Program-made: the position numbers and the translations under genes | Origin: Malacoraja senta | Taxonomy: Eukaryota | Assembly: GCA_038087875.1 (NCBI GenBank) | Contig: CM075980.1 | Coordinates: forward strand, 68,944,001 to 69,008,000 | Length of the DNA stretch: 64,000 nt | Direction: 5' to 3' | Shown here: positions 1 through 64,000 of the stretch, in pieces | How the letters are laid out: each line of letters starts with the position of its first letter | How positions within the stretch are numbered: the first letter of the stretch is position 1 | Notes under the pieces: model-generated | What the model was told of the DNA's origin: nothing | Seen by the model: only the letters and a program-made list of their open reading frames with translations | Databases searched by the model: none

Positions 1-52
1 ACCTAATCTTTTGCTGAAGTGAGTGACCCCTGTTTTTATACAATCATGTTTT

Positions 53-357
53 GGGCGACATGGTGGGTTGCTGCCATACAATGTCCGACACCCGGGTTCG
101 ATCCTGACTATGAGTGGTTGTCTGTATGGAGTTTATAAGTTCTCCCTGTGACATGTGTGGGTTTTCTCTGGGTGCACCGGTTTCCTCTCACATCCCAAAG
201 ACATACAGGTTTGTCGCTTAATTGGCTTAGTATAATTGTAACTTGTCCCAAGTGTGTGTAGGATAGTGTAAGTGTGTGGGGATCGCTGGTCGGCATGGAC
301 TCAGTGGGCTGAAGGGTCTGCTTCTGCGCTGTATGTCTAAACTAAAAACGAAACTAA
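53..357 (+). mobile_element. tRNA-derived V-SINE (HE1-like)
   Basis: B box GGGTTCGATCC, V-domain-like core, CR1-type tail GGGCTGAAGGGTCTG, (CTAAA)n end. Confidence 0.85.
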
Positions 358-1067
358 GCCCCTTCGTTCTAGATTCTTCCCCAAAAGGAAATGCGCACTC
401 TACATCCAACCTGTCAAGCACCCTGTAAAATGGGTATTTAGTATCTACGAGAAAATCTGTCAACCAGCAAAGGAAGCTGTTGGGGTTCACTGTGTAATGT
501 CGCACAAGCTGCTAGACTCTGCTCGGGTCAAAGTTCAAGCCAACTGCCATTTTGGCAATGGATGAACGACTCTGGATCAGAGTATCACTGACACAACACA
601 GTTGGCTGCCTCCTGCAACGACATAACACACAACACACACATTTATAATCCCTTGAGGCAAGACCTTTAAGGCCAATAACATTTCTGCTGTTCGGTTCCA
701 TCTTATGTCACTGTGACTTTTTTTCCATCTGGCACATAAAGCTCCAAAAATCGCTGCTCTCCAGTGAGAGCTGTCTCTTACTCATCGTATGACTGTTCCA
801 AGTGTGTTTTACTGTTACTCAAATACAACCACAATGACATATATTTACTGTACATAGAACCTTTAAAGTCTTAAAGTATCCCAAGATTACATAGGAGTGA
901 TATCACAACGTTAAGAGTACTCAGAAGGAAATATTAGCACCAAAGTATATTCAAAGAACTAAAAAAACTAAAATGGAGCATGAATATATTTTATTTTATC
1001 TTTAGTTGAATTTGGTTCCAATCATTGCTTGGCAGAATCATATCTTTTCAGTTATTAGTCAAAACTA

Positions 1068-1425
1068 TACCTCCTCCCTCACATCCATCCAGGGAGCCCA
1101 ACAATTCTTCCAGGTGACACAGAAGTTCACATGCACCTCCTCTAAACTTGTCCACTGCATTCAATGTCCCGATGTGGCCTCCTTTACATCAGCAAAACCA
1201 AGCATAACTTGACAACTGTTTCGCCAGGTACTTGCGCTCTGTCCGTCTAGGCCTGCTGGATCAGTGGAAGTAAATGGACAGATGACATTTTGGATTTTCT
1301 TTCTACCAGCTATCTTCCCTCGACTCCGTCAGTCTAAAGAAGGGTCCCAACCAAAATGATGTATGTCTATTTCCTTCCACAAATACTGCCTGACCCGCTG
1401 AATTCCTCCGGCAGTTTGTTTTTTG
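1068..1425 (+). mobile_element. Penelope-like retroelement 3' remnant (GIY-YIG endonuclease fragment plus degenerate terminal repeat)
   Basis: TSSLTSIQGAQQFFQVTQKFTCTSSKLVHCIQC...LLYI resembles the PLE GIY-YIG region. It is followed at ~1330 by a decayed CT(A)AAGAAGGGTCCCAACCAAAA hammerhead-like segment. Confidence 0.7.
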
Positions 1426-1641
1426 CTTATGAAGAAGGGCCCAGCAAACTGAATGGACAGCCACAATTAGAGGAAAGTAGGGTATTAGGGATGAGCAAAG
1501 AGTAGAATTGCTTAGGTAACAATGCGCTAACTGCAGGGTGAAATCTGCTCCTTGTGTACAGAAGAGAAGCAATAGAATAAAAAAAACAGAAATACGAAGT
1601 AGGTCAGGCAGCAGCTGTGGAGAGAGCAGCAAAGTTAACTA

Positions 1642-1960
1642 GGGCAGCACAGTGGCGCAGCAGTAGAGTTGCTGCCTTACAGCACTTGCAGCACCAGAGA
1701 CCTGGGTTCGATCCCGACTACAGGTGATGTTTGTATGGAGTTTGTATGTTCTCCCCGTGAACGCATGGGTTTTCTCCAAGATCTTCGGTTTCCTCCCACA
1801 CTCCAAAGACATGCAGGTTTATAGGTTGATTGTCTTTGTATAAATGTAAAATTGTCCCTAGTGCGTGTAGGGTAGTGTAAATGTGCCGGGATCGCTGGTT
1901 GGCGCAGACTCGGTGGGCCGAAGGATCTGTTTCCGCGCTGTTCCTCTAAACTAAACTAAA
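1642..1960 (+). mobile_element. HE1-like SINE, full length
   Basis: A box GTGGCGCAGCAGTAG, B box GGGTTCGATCC, (CTAAA)n tail. Confidence 0.9.
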
Positions 1961-1974
1961 ACATTTTTAACTGT

Positions 1975-2108
1975 AGAGTGCGGGAGGAAACTCACATGGT
2001 CACAGGGAGAACATGCATACTCCGTACAGACAGCACCCATAGTCTGGATCAAACCCAGGTGTCTAGCATTGTAAGACAGCAACTCTACCATTGCGCCACT
2101 GTGACACC
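1975..2108 (-). mobile_element. HE1-like SINE, 5' half, inverted next to previous copy
   Basis: Reverse complement of the SINE head (GCAACTCTACCATTGCGCCACTGTG). Confidence 0.8.
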
Positions 2109-2447
2109 ACTTCATTTACTGGGCATTTGACCATTTATCCCCTTCCTTGTTTTGACATCAATTTTGGTCCAGCATTTTTTGGGCATCTTGGAACTATTTA
2201 ATTTCCTCCATTCTCACAAGATACGAATGTCCTTCCTCTGTTTTTTGCAAATAATTCTAACCATTGCACTCTACATGAAGCTGGTAGCTGCATCCTCTCT
2301 ACAAACTACGTAGAGATGCTTTTTGCATCTCTTTGGGAGTGACTGAGGGGAGGAAGGGGGGTGCAGGCCGATGGTTCGTAAGTAGCTGGTATTTGTGTCT
2401 GACTGTGCATTTCTTCTGTCCCTTCTCCTATTTATCCACCGCTGCAG

Positions 2448-54295
<51,848 letters not shown>

Positions 54296-56124
54296 CAGAG
54301 TTGGTCCCATAACCTTCATCCAAAGTCAAATAAAAGAAGGCTCAACAAACTTAAATCTTTCAAAAACTCTTTGGACTCTGATAAGCTAACGGCTTTGCTT
54401 TTGGCTGAGGATAAATGTATGGTTGTCTATCTGTTCTTTTTCCTACAAATGGGAGCGATAATCAATCCATGTTTGAAATGCATTGACGTGAGTGTTCCCA
54501 GCCAAATGTACTTTCAAAATATAAATCTTTGATATGCAGTCTTTAAATATAATACAAACTGGTCATCTGCTTGTGGGCCTAAAGATTTAAAGAGTTAATT
54601 GGCAATGAGAAATACCACAAACAATTTCTACTGCATTAAAGAGAAGTAATTCGAATAGCTTTAAACCACAACTCTACTATATATATTTAGCTGTTGTAAG
54701 ACTTGGGACGCGACTATTCAAATACAAACAGAGAAAATGTCTTGACTATTTCAAAATCCATAAAATGCAGGGGGCTTCTCCTAACCCCAGGCTATTGCAG
54801 TGGAAGAACTAAAGATTGCTAAACTAAATCTGGTGTTAAGTTTTCCCCGTGACCCATTGGGTTTAGTCATTGTCGGCAGACCCACTTATGTTCAATTCTT
54901 GGATTTCAGAGTGAACAGACCTAAACATATGGTGGTGGTTGGAGGCATTATTACTAACTGCAAAAATGCAGGGCTGAAGCCAGGTAACAATGGCCTGATT
55001 CCTAATCACTACCCAATGACCCCCAGTTAAAAGTGGCATAGAGTGGATGTGAAAGTCAGAGTCAGGCTCAACAATAGTGTCCCTGTCAATGTTAAGCGTG
55101 AAAGCTCGCAATGAAGACAAGACCAATGAATTGCTGGTTCAATGATCTGTAAGCCCATCTCCAAACAAGAAGTGGACAGAAAATCAGTAAGAATTTCTTT
55201 GTAATAATCAAAATCTAAACATTATTATAAAAATAAACAAGCTTATGCCAGTATCAGTTCAGCAAATTTGGGGATAAAGAACGTTACATTTGCATGCAAA
55301 ATATTACTAATTACTGTTTATTGACATTCTTAAAATATTATTTAGACTAACTCAATAGAATCCACTGAATTGTTTATAGGGAATGTTTCGGAACAGCAGG
55401 AGGTTGCCTTTTGGTTGTTGATATTGGGAAATATTGGGTACACCCTTTGTAAGCCATGGACTCCAGTCAAGGCAAGAGTATCTGTTGCGTCATTTGTAGA
55501 ATCACTAATTATGTATCTTCCATGTACCTTCCAGTACTTTTGTGTTTCGATCACTGAATTTTGAGATGCTGTCATTGAATCAGATGGAACCTGAATTGAA
55601 AATAACTGTTCAAAATCTTCTCTAATTGCTGAACTAGGCCATTCAATGTTAAAACCACACACTTTCTATTGATCCCTCCCTTTTAATAATTGCCACCCTG
55701 ATTTTTTTGCAACACATTGCAAAATAGTATTTTGTAAAATAATAGAAAAACAAAGTTGGGTGTGTACTGGAAATCTAAAGTGGCTGCATCTCCAGAGAGA
55801 GAGATATAGTCAATATTTGCACTAGATTATCTTTCACTGGGATGATAACCTTTCATTTGACTACCATTTCTTACCCACATTTATGGATTTAGAAATAATT
55901 TCCCATTAAGGAAATTCAGTGACTATAAGCAGAGACAAGGCCAGGTAACAGAAATGGAGATAACAGGTGGTTGGAGTGGAGAGAGTGCTGAGGATGTGGG
56001 CTATTGAGGGACAGATGCACTGAACAGGTTTGGGCAGAGAGGGACACAGCACCTCTGTGGTTGTGTCTTTGAATGAAGGGGCTAAATTAGTTCAGTTTGA
56101 ATCTGGGCTCAACTCCAAATTATA

Positions 56125-57968
56125 TTAAGAAAGGCTGCAAAGAAAAATCATGGAACAATAGCCTAACATCTGTGGTAGGTAAGTTACTGGAGAGGATTCT
56201 GAGGAATAAAATGTACATGCATTTGGAAAGATAGTATTCATTAGAATAGTTAGCATGATTTTGTGCATGGGAAATCGTGACTCAAATTTTATGGTTCTAA
56301 AGAAATAGACAAGAAGGCTGATGTGGGCAGGTCTGTAGATGTATGCTACATGGACTTCTACAAAGCCTTTGATAAGTTTCTGCACTGAAGGTTTGATCAC
56401 TGCAACTGCAACTGCAACTTTATTTATATAGCACATTTCATACACGAGGCAGACTCAAAGTGCTTCACATAAAAACATGTCATACAATAAAATGAAATAA
56501 TAAAATGAAATAAAATAGAAGAATTAAAATAAAATAAAAGCAAAGTTAAAAATGCATTATAGAAAAGTGCAAAAGTTAAAAGTGCAATGTAGTTAAGATT
56601 TAGCTGAAAGCTAAAGTAAACATAAAAAGTAAACATAGATCACATGGGATCTAGGGAGATATAGCTAAATGGATACAGAATTGGCTTGACGGTAGGAAGC
56701 AGAGGGTAGTGGTGGAAGGTTGTTTTTCAGATTGGAGGCCCGTGACTAGTACAAGACACGACTGGATGGCATTAAAATCAATAGCATCGTTGACAGTGAA
56801 GGTAGTTAACAAGAACTAAAGCAGGATCATAATCAGCTGGGCAAATGGGATGAGGAATGTATTGGAGTTTGTTTCTGATACGTGTGAGGTGTGGCATTTA
56901 GGGAAGGCCTTCACTGTGTAAATGGTAGGACCATAGGGAATGTTATAGATCAAACTTTAGAGTGCTCCAACTAGGAATACAAGTACATAGTTCCCTGAAA
57001 GTTGAGTCACAGGCAGATAAGATGATGGTCGGCTTTTGCCATGCTAACCTTCATCAGGCAGGAAATTCATTGCAGAACTTAGGTTGTTCTGATACAATTG
57101 TACAAGATATAGGTGAGGCCTCTCTTGGAGTATTGTGTTCAGGTTTAGCCACCCTGCCACAGGAAAGATGCCATTAAGCTGGAAAGAATGCAGAGAGGCT
57201 TTGTGAGGATACTACCAGGACTCGAGAGCTTGAGTCATAGGGTGAGATTGGGCAGGCCAGGATTTTATCCCTGGTACATAGGAGACTGAGGGGTAATCTT
57301 ATAGAGGTGTATAAAATCATGAGGAGCATAGATAAAGCGACAGAGTGGCGCAACGGTAGAGTTACTGCCTTACAGCGCTTACAGCACCAGAGACCCGGGT
57401 TCGATCCCGACTACGGGTGCTGTAAATTCGGAGTTTGGCTGTTCTCCCCATGATTGCTTCGGTTTTCTCCGAGATCTTCGGTTTCCTCCCACACTTCCAA
57501 AGAATTACAGATTTGTAGATTAATTGGCTTGGTGTAAATGTAAAATTGTCCCTCGTGAGTGTAGGATAGTTTTAATGTGCGGAGATTGCTGTTCGGTGGG
57601 GTCTCGGCGGGCTGAAGGGCCTATTTCCACGCTGTATCTCTAAACTAAACTAAAGGTAAATGCATAGACTCCATATCTCGGGGTAGGGGAATCAAGAATT
57701 AGAGGGCATAGGTTTAAGATGAGAGTGGAAATATTTAACAGGAAACAGCGGTGAAGCTTTTTTCACATAGAGGGCGATGAGTATATGGAATGAGCTGCCG
57801 GAAGAAACAGTTGATGCAGGTACAACATTTAAAATACATTTGAACAAGTGCAGGGATAAAAAAGGTTTTGAGAGGTATAAGCCAAATATGAGCAAATGTG
57901 ACCACCAGCTTAGATGGGGCATCTGGTCAAGTTGGTCCGAAAAGCCTGTATCCGTGTTGTATGACTTT
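56125..57968 (+). mobile_element. Decayed CR1 LINE, interrupted by an L2-like tail (~56401-56637, -) and an HE1-like SINE (~57345-57654, +)
   Basis: VDVCYMDFYKAFDK and GAAGCAGAGGGTAGTGG RT remnants; CR1 tail; GATCAC repeated around the L2-like insert. Confidence 0.8.
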
Positions 57969-59025
57969 GTCTGTAAGCCCAAAGTTTGAACTTGTGGCAC
58001 TGACAATGTCACACTGGGGGAGGTGGGGAAGTGGAGGGGGGGGGGGGGGGGTGAAGCATTGTTAACATTGTTTTATATTTATTCTATTTTTGAAGATATG
58101 TTATTCTGGGATTTGGAAGCAAAGGCAATATTATGCCAGATCAGGATGGAGTGAGGTTTGGAGGCAGTGCTGTTTACTTTCCACATTTCCCAGTACTCCT
58201 CCAACTTGTTCTCTCTCTCAGATCCCCATTCACTCCCTTTTGCGGATTCATTATTTTGCAACAAACCTACACTAAAGGGTAATGTACAGTGGTCAATGAA
58301 TCTACCTGCACATTGGCAAGATGTGGGAGTAATCTGCAGTACCCGGGGACAACTCAAAAGTCACCAGGAGAACTTGGAAACTCCACAATGACAGCACCCG
58401 AGATCAGGAACAGACCAGGGTCCCTGGATCTGGGTGGAAATAGCACTAACCACTGCATCGCTCTTGTCTCTTCCATTGATATAAGGTTTGGGAACTGTCT
58501 TAACATTCCAATAATATCTGTTTCTCAGCTTCTTTGCAACAATTTTAAATAGTTATAGACAGTGAGAGATTCCTGATAGTGAGGATTAAACTACTTTATG
58601 CAGGTCTTGAGTTTTTTACTTTTTGAATTTGTGGTTTAAGCTAGCCTGTTAATGGTTACAAGGTTACAGAAACATCGTTATAGTCTTCAGATGTTAATGG
58701 GTCTTAGGTCAGAGGCTATTTAACTTATGTAGTGAACAGCTTCAGCTTACTATATGACCTCATTTACAAAGTGTAAATGTAAAGCTATTTAAGTCATATA
58801 TTACCTGGGTAGCATTTTCAGGAAAATTGTTAAGGACAAGAGTTCAAACGGTGTCAGCTGCCGGGTTCTGAAGGTATTAAATGCTTATGTTAGTATTATT
58901 TAATTTTATTTGTATTTTTTTTTCTGTACATTTGTTTTTCTTTTGCTTTGAGATATGTACATATTTAGTTTTGTGTATGACATGTGTTATTAATAATGCC
59001 AATGTGTCCTGCATCTCAGCTTTGA

Positions 59026-59031
59026 AATAAA
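59026..59031 (+). promoter_or_regulatory. Candidate distal polyadenylation signal of the semaphorin gene
   Basis: AATAAA preceded by a U-rich tract with TGTA motifs (58880-58990) and followed by GU/U-rich sequence. Proximal AATAAA also at 54329 and 55232. Confidence 0.45.
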
Positions 59032-59671
59032 ATAGAATTGACTTGCTTGCTCTTCTTATTGTCAATGGTGCTTTTATTGTCACGTGTGCAAAGTGCTAAC
59101 ACAGTGAAATTATTGTCCTTACAAAGAGATCAGTAGAGTATTGCCATTACCCCGACCCTCGATGGGCAAGTGTACAGAAATAGTCTACTGAGCCCGCGTA
59201 CGAGAAGCGCCATGTTTTGGTGCCATTTTAAAAATCCACGCTCTAGTTCTTATGAGCGGTGCCTGTTCCCAGCAAGTCCCAGGCTGTTGTAAACCTCCAG
59301 CCATTTCCTTCCTTGACGCCACATCCCCTCCTCGCCTGTCCACCTTTGTTCTACAGGGGTGCCTCCAGCAGTCGGCCATGAGAGCACGGTAGGCCAAACC
59401 CTGGTAGCCTCTCCTCTGCTACCGGCCTTCCTCCTCACCCGTCGCATCCATCATCACTGGCTTCATCCTCTGGCCTTTGGAGGACGAGCAGGACCTGCAC
59501 AGTGGCTTCCCCCTTCCAGGCCGGTGGTCTGCCAGGTCCAACAAGCAGGGGACCGACTTGGCAGCTTCCTCCTGCAGGCCACGATACGCTGGGTCTTGAG
59601 TTCAGCTGCACAAGAGACACGGCCTCCTGGGAGCTTGTGCCTTTCGTATTTCTGTTCCACTCCCTAACTAT

Positions 59672-60532
59672 TAGCCTCAGAATAAAAGGACGCACCTTTA
59701 AGGGGCTGTCCCACTTGGGCGACCTAATTGGCAAGTTTAGGAGAGTTTGAAAACGTGTCATGTTGAAGACCTCCTTCGACTATGTAGAAGACCTCCTTCG
59801 ACCTCCTTCGACTATGTTGAAGACTAGCTTCGACTAGCTACGACTAGCTTCGGGAAAGTTGGACACCAAAGAGTAGAGAGTGAAGACAACTTCCTTCGAT
59901 CTCCTTCGACCTCCCTTCGACTATGTTGCAGACTACCTACGACGACCTTCGACTACCTTCGATTACCTTCGACTACCCTCGATTACCTATGAATAACATG
60001 CCGACCTACTACTACTTCGACTAAACCTACGAGTAAAAAAAATATCAATTTTTTTCCATGGCGATTTTTTTCACTCGCGGGCATTTTTCAGCATGTTGAA
60101 AAATACGGGGCGACCTAGCTGAGGCCTCGAGTACGCGGGGACTACTCTCGAGCATGAAGGAGAGTTACAAAGACCTCCTAGGACCTCGTGTCGACCATTC
60201 TGCGAGTATGAGTCGAGGGCAAACTCTTCTAAACTCGCCAATTAGGTCGCCACAGTGGGACAGCCCCTTTAGAAAGGAGATGAGGAGGAATTTCTTTAGT
60301 CAGAGGGTGGAAAATCTGTGAAATTCATCGTCACAGACGGCTGTGGAGGGCAAGTCAATGGATATTTTTACATTGGAGATTGACAAATTCTTGATTAGTA
60401 CGGGTGTCAGGGTTTACAGGGAGAAGGCAGGAGCATGGGGTTGAGAGGGAAAGATAAATCAGCCATGATTGGATGGCGGAGTAGACTTGATAGGTCGAAT
60501 GGCTTAATTCTGCTCCTAAAACTTATGAACTA
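59672..60532 (+). mobile_element. CR1 LINE 3' fragment hosting a MITE
   Basis: AGCCTCAGAATAAAAGGACGCACCTTTA|GAAAGGAGATGAGGAGG rejoins as SLRIKGRTFRKEMRRNFFSQRV. Confidence 0.88.
59701..60268. mobile_element. PIF/Harbinger-type MITE, 568 bp, with internal CCTTCGACTA subrepeats
   Basis: ~49-bp TIR AGGGGCTGTCCCACT...; TTA TSD 59698-59700 and 60269-60271. Confidence 0.92.
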
Positions 60533-61574
60533 TACTCCCATTCCTAGTGCCACATCCATTCACCAGCCCCACTTGAGGCCATGCCTGGGGGTAGATGAAT
60601 TGGAATGTGGGAATTTTAGGATCTGTGCACTAGTGTTTGGAGCTCAGCTGTATGATAACAGCTCAGGCTGACCCTGACTTCACTTTAGATAGTAATGAGG
60701 ATGATGCAAGGGTGGATTTAGATGACTGGAGGAGAGATGGCACACTCGCTTATTTGTCAAGAAAATAATGTAGAACAGTAACTTACTAATTATGCTATTA
60801 GACCAGTAATGTCACTAGTGTCTGTGTAATACACTATATAAGTGGCAGGATACAAGCTCTCCTGCTAAGCTGAGTTATGAGACAGTCAGTAGTGTCCGCT
60901 TGTAAGGGAGGAAAAGGCTTCCTCCCTTCTTTTGTTCTCATTCATCCTAGACTCCCCCCAAGAGATGAGTGCTTTCTGTCAAAGGCTTCCAGGCTATCAT
61001 TCCTAGAAAATGTATTTCACTTTGTTCAGTGTGTTAAAATATTGTTTTATATCATGCTAGCAGCAGGTTAGGCCACATGGGACAATTACTAAGTTGTCTG
61101 CAAACAAGGGTTCAACAATGAATGAAAAAAAGAGAAATCTGCAGATGCTGGAAATGAAATAAAAATATAAAATGCTGGAAGCAGGTGAGGCGAAGGAGTT
61201 CCAGGTTTATGACCCAATGAAGAAACCACAAGATGTTTCCAACTCAGTGTTGTTTGTAGCTTGGAAGGCAACTTCCAAGTGATGGTGTTCCCATGGTTTT
61301 GCAGGCTGTATCCTTCTACCAGGTAGAGGTCATGGGTTTGGAAGGTGCTGTCTAAGGAGCTTTGGTGAGTTGCTGCAATGTATCCTTTTGATGGTACACA
61401 CTGCTGCCACGGTGAATTGGTGATAGAATGAATGATTCATTGTACAAACCATTCATAGAATGATTCTATGAATCAATAGAATGTTTCATAGATTCATTCT
61501 ATGAATCAACAGCACAGTGGCATTCATTTTTGAATTCAGTATAGTACAGGTATCACTGTACATAAGCACTTAGA

Positions 61575-62542
61575 TAACATGGGTAGAAAATTGTTTGGCA
61601 GACAGGAAACAAAGAGTAGGGATTCAGAATGGCAGGCAGTAACTAGTGGGGTACCGCAAGGCTCGGTGCTAGGACCGTAGCTCTTTACAATATACTTCAA
61701 TAATTTAGATGAAGGGATTCAAAGTAACATTAGCAAATTTGCAGATGACACAAAGCTGGGTGACAGTGTGAACTGTGAGGAGGATACTATGAGGATGCAG
61801 GGTGACTTGGACAGGTTGGGTGAGTGGGAAGATGCATGGCAGATGCAGTTTAATGTGGATAAATGTGAGGTTATCCACTTTGGTGGCAACAACAGGAAGG
61901 CAGATTATTATCTGAATGGTGTCAAGCGGGGAAAATGGGAAGAACAAAAAGATCTGGGTGGTCCTTGTTCATCAGTCACTGAAAGTAAGCATGCGGGTAC
62001 AGCAGGCAATGAAGAAAGCTAATGGCATGTTGGCCTTCATAACAAGAGGAATTGACTATAGGAGCAAAGAGGTCTTTCTGCAGTTGTACAGGGCCCTGGT
62101 GAGACCACACCTGGAGTATTGTGTGCAGTTTTGGTCTCCAAATTTGAGGAAGGACATTCTTGCTATTGAGGGAGTGCAGCATAGGTTCATGAGGTTATTC
62201 CTGGGATGGCGGGATTGTCACATGGTGATAAAATGGAGCGGCTGGGCTTGTATACTCTGGAATTCAGAAGGATGAGAGGTGATCTTATTGAAACATATAA
62301 GATTATTAAGGGATTGGACACGCTAGAGGCAGGAAACGTGTTCCCGATGTTGTGGGAGTCCAGAAGGCAGTGGAAGTCAATTCTCTGGATGCTTTCAAGA
62401 GAGAGTTAGATTGAGCTCTTAAAGATAGCGGAGTCAGGGGATATGGTGAGAAGGCAGGAACGTGGATGATCAGCCATGATCACAGTGAATGGCGGTGCTG
62501 GCTCGAAGGGCTGAATGGCCTATTCCTGCACCTATTGTATCT
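61575..62542 (+). mobile_element. CR1 LINE RT/3' fragment
   Basis: SGVPQGSVLGP, SKFADDTKL, LVRPHLEYCVQFWSP motifs with frameshifts; CR1 tail. Confidence 0.93.
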
Positions 62543-63074
62543 TAGATAAGCATCCCAGATACAGTACAGTGTGTAGCAGTAGTACACTGAGACAGTATAC
62601 AGAGTCACCAGATTTGGCACCAATTTCAAGTCCCAGTTGTTGTGAAGTGCTCCTGTGCAGCTGCAGGCCACGTCTGAAACACACCCTCGTCCTTTTGGTT
62701 TGGTGCCCGATGCAACCGAACCCCAGGTTGTTGCCGGGCCTCGAGCGGCCCTCTCCATATCGAGGTGTACGGCCCTCTGTTCCGACTCCTTCCTGTCCAG
62801 TCCACAGGGTGACCAGGGGCCGGGCTCGGCTGCTTCCCTCTCCAGGCAGGTTCCTGGTTCCACGGCCGCGAGCCAGGACTACTGTCGGGTATGGCCGCCG
62901 CACCTCGGGCCAACCTTGAGGAAATGGTTGTGGTGCCTTTCAGGCAGGTTGCAATGCTTTACATTCTCTTTCCATTTAAAAATTACTTCACATTTCTATT
63001 TTTTCTGTCAAAATATATCGTAATCCATTTCCACGTTTCCATGTCCTTGCCCATTTACATGTCTGTCTACATCC

Positions 63075-63485
63075 TGGTGAAAAGATTGGATGGATTGGAT
63101 TTATTCTCACTGGAACCTTAGGAGGCTGAGTGGTGACCTTAGTGAGGTTTATAAAATGATGGGATGCATGGATAGAATTGATAGAGATTCTTTCCCTTGG
63201 TCAGTGGAGCCTAGAACTACACGGCAGAGATTTATGCTGACAGGAAAAAAATTAAACAGCTCCGAGAGAAGATTTTCAGACAGAACGTGGTAAAAAGCTG
63301 CCAGAGAATGTACTGGAGATAGATCCAATTACAATGTTTAAAAGGCATTTGGACAGATAGTTGGAAAGGAAAGGGAGAGATACTGACTTAATCCCGACAA
63401 ATGGAATTATCTTAGATAGGCATCGTGATTGGCATTAGATGAGGTGGGCCAAACTGGACAGTTTCTGTGCTGAATGTTTCTATGA
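63075..63485 (+). mobile_element. CR1 LINE 3' fragment, decayed
   Basis: RRLSGDLSEVYKMM remnant and tail. Confidence 0.8.
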
Positions 63486-64000
63486 ACAACAGCAACATGA
63501 GCCCAAAGCATGAGCCCAGAAGCCTAACTCGTTATTACACATCCAGTGTGGCATTACAATGGCTTGTGCCGGATTAATCAGAGCCAGGCTCACTATCTAT
63601 CCCGAAACTGCTTCCCTGAATACTGAGAATCTGGTTTGGGTTAGGTTCTTAAACTAATTAGCCATCCGAGCATCCATCTGATTCTGTTATTCATTCCTGT
63701 TTTCCTGTGGCTTGCTTTGGGTATGTCCTAATTGCTCTCAGCTGATAGTTAAACACATATCCCCCTATTGTCCGTGGTTAGGCATCTCAAAAGACGTAAA
63801 GATGCAAGAGTTTAATTCAAGTGTCATGTGAGATGGGGCAGATGGAGTGAGACTTTTTCAAGATGAGAGTGTTTAACTGCTGTTAAATAGTTTAGCCAAG
63901 TGTCCTTGCTAATAACGAGGCCACATTTTAAAAGCATTCTCCAGAATGTATGTACTCACCTAGAAGTTCATAAGATCATAAGTTATAGGAGCAGAACTAG

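Noticed and set aside
62480-63023. Cluster of 95-134-aa ORFs, and similar ones at 59185-59761
   Set aside because: GC-rich repeat-derived sequence, ORFs in several frames, and no recognisable domain or splice structure.

Overview
Vertebrate genomic DNA, most likely a skate or ray (inferred from the HE1-like SINE, CR1/HER1 LINE and Penelope content). The only host gene is a class-3 semaphorin on the + strand. Thirteen GT-AG exons (2448-54295, equivalent to exons 5-17 of the standard SEMA3 layout) splice into one open frame of 1866 nt (621 aa plus stop) covering Sema, PSI, Ig and basic-tail domains; the 5' exons lie upstream of the window. Nearly all ORFs in the supplied track are spurious or transposon debris. 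The introns hold tRNA-derived SINEs, CR1/L2/RTE-like fragments, Penelope remnants, a hAT MITE, four PIF/Harbinger-type elements, an internally deleted Gypsy element and a 26-bp minisatellite. Three observations stand out. (1) The Gypsy primer-binding site is a 50-nt reverse copy of mature tRNA-Leu(CAA), mismatched exactly at position 58, ending at position 37/38 and fused directly into pol. (2) A family of short TSD-flanked palindromic retroinsertions carries a minimal hammerhead-ribozyme core. (3) A 1.4-kb foldback is built from two left ends of a Harbinger transposon. Coordinates were counted by eye; boundaries of old repeats are approximate.
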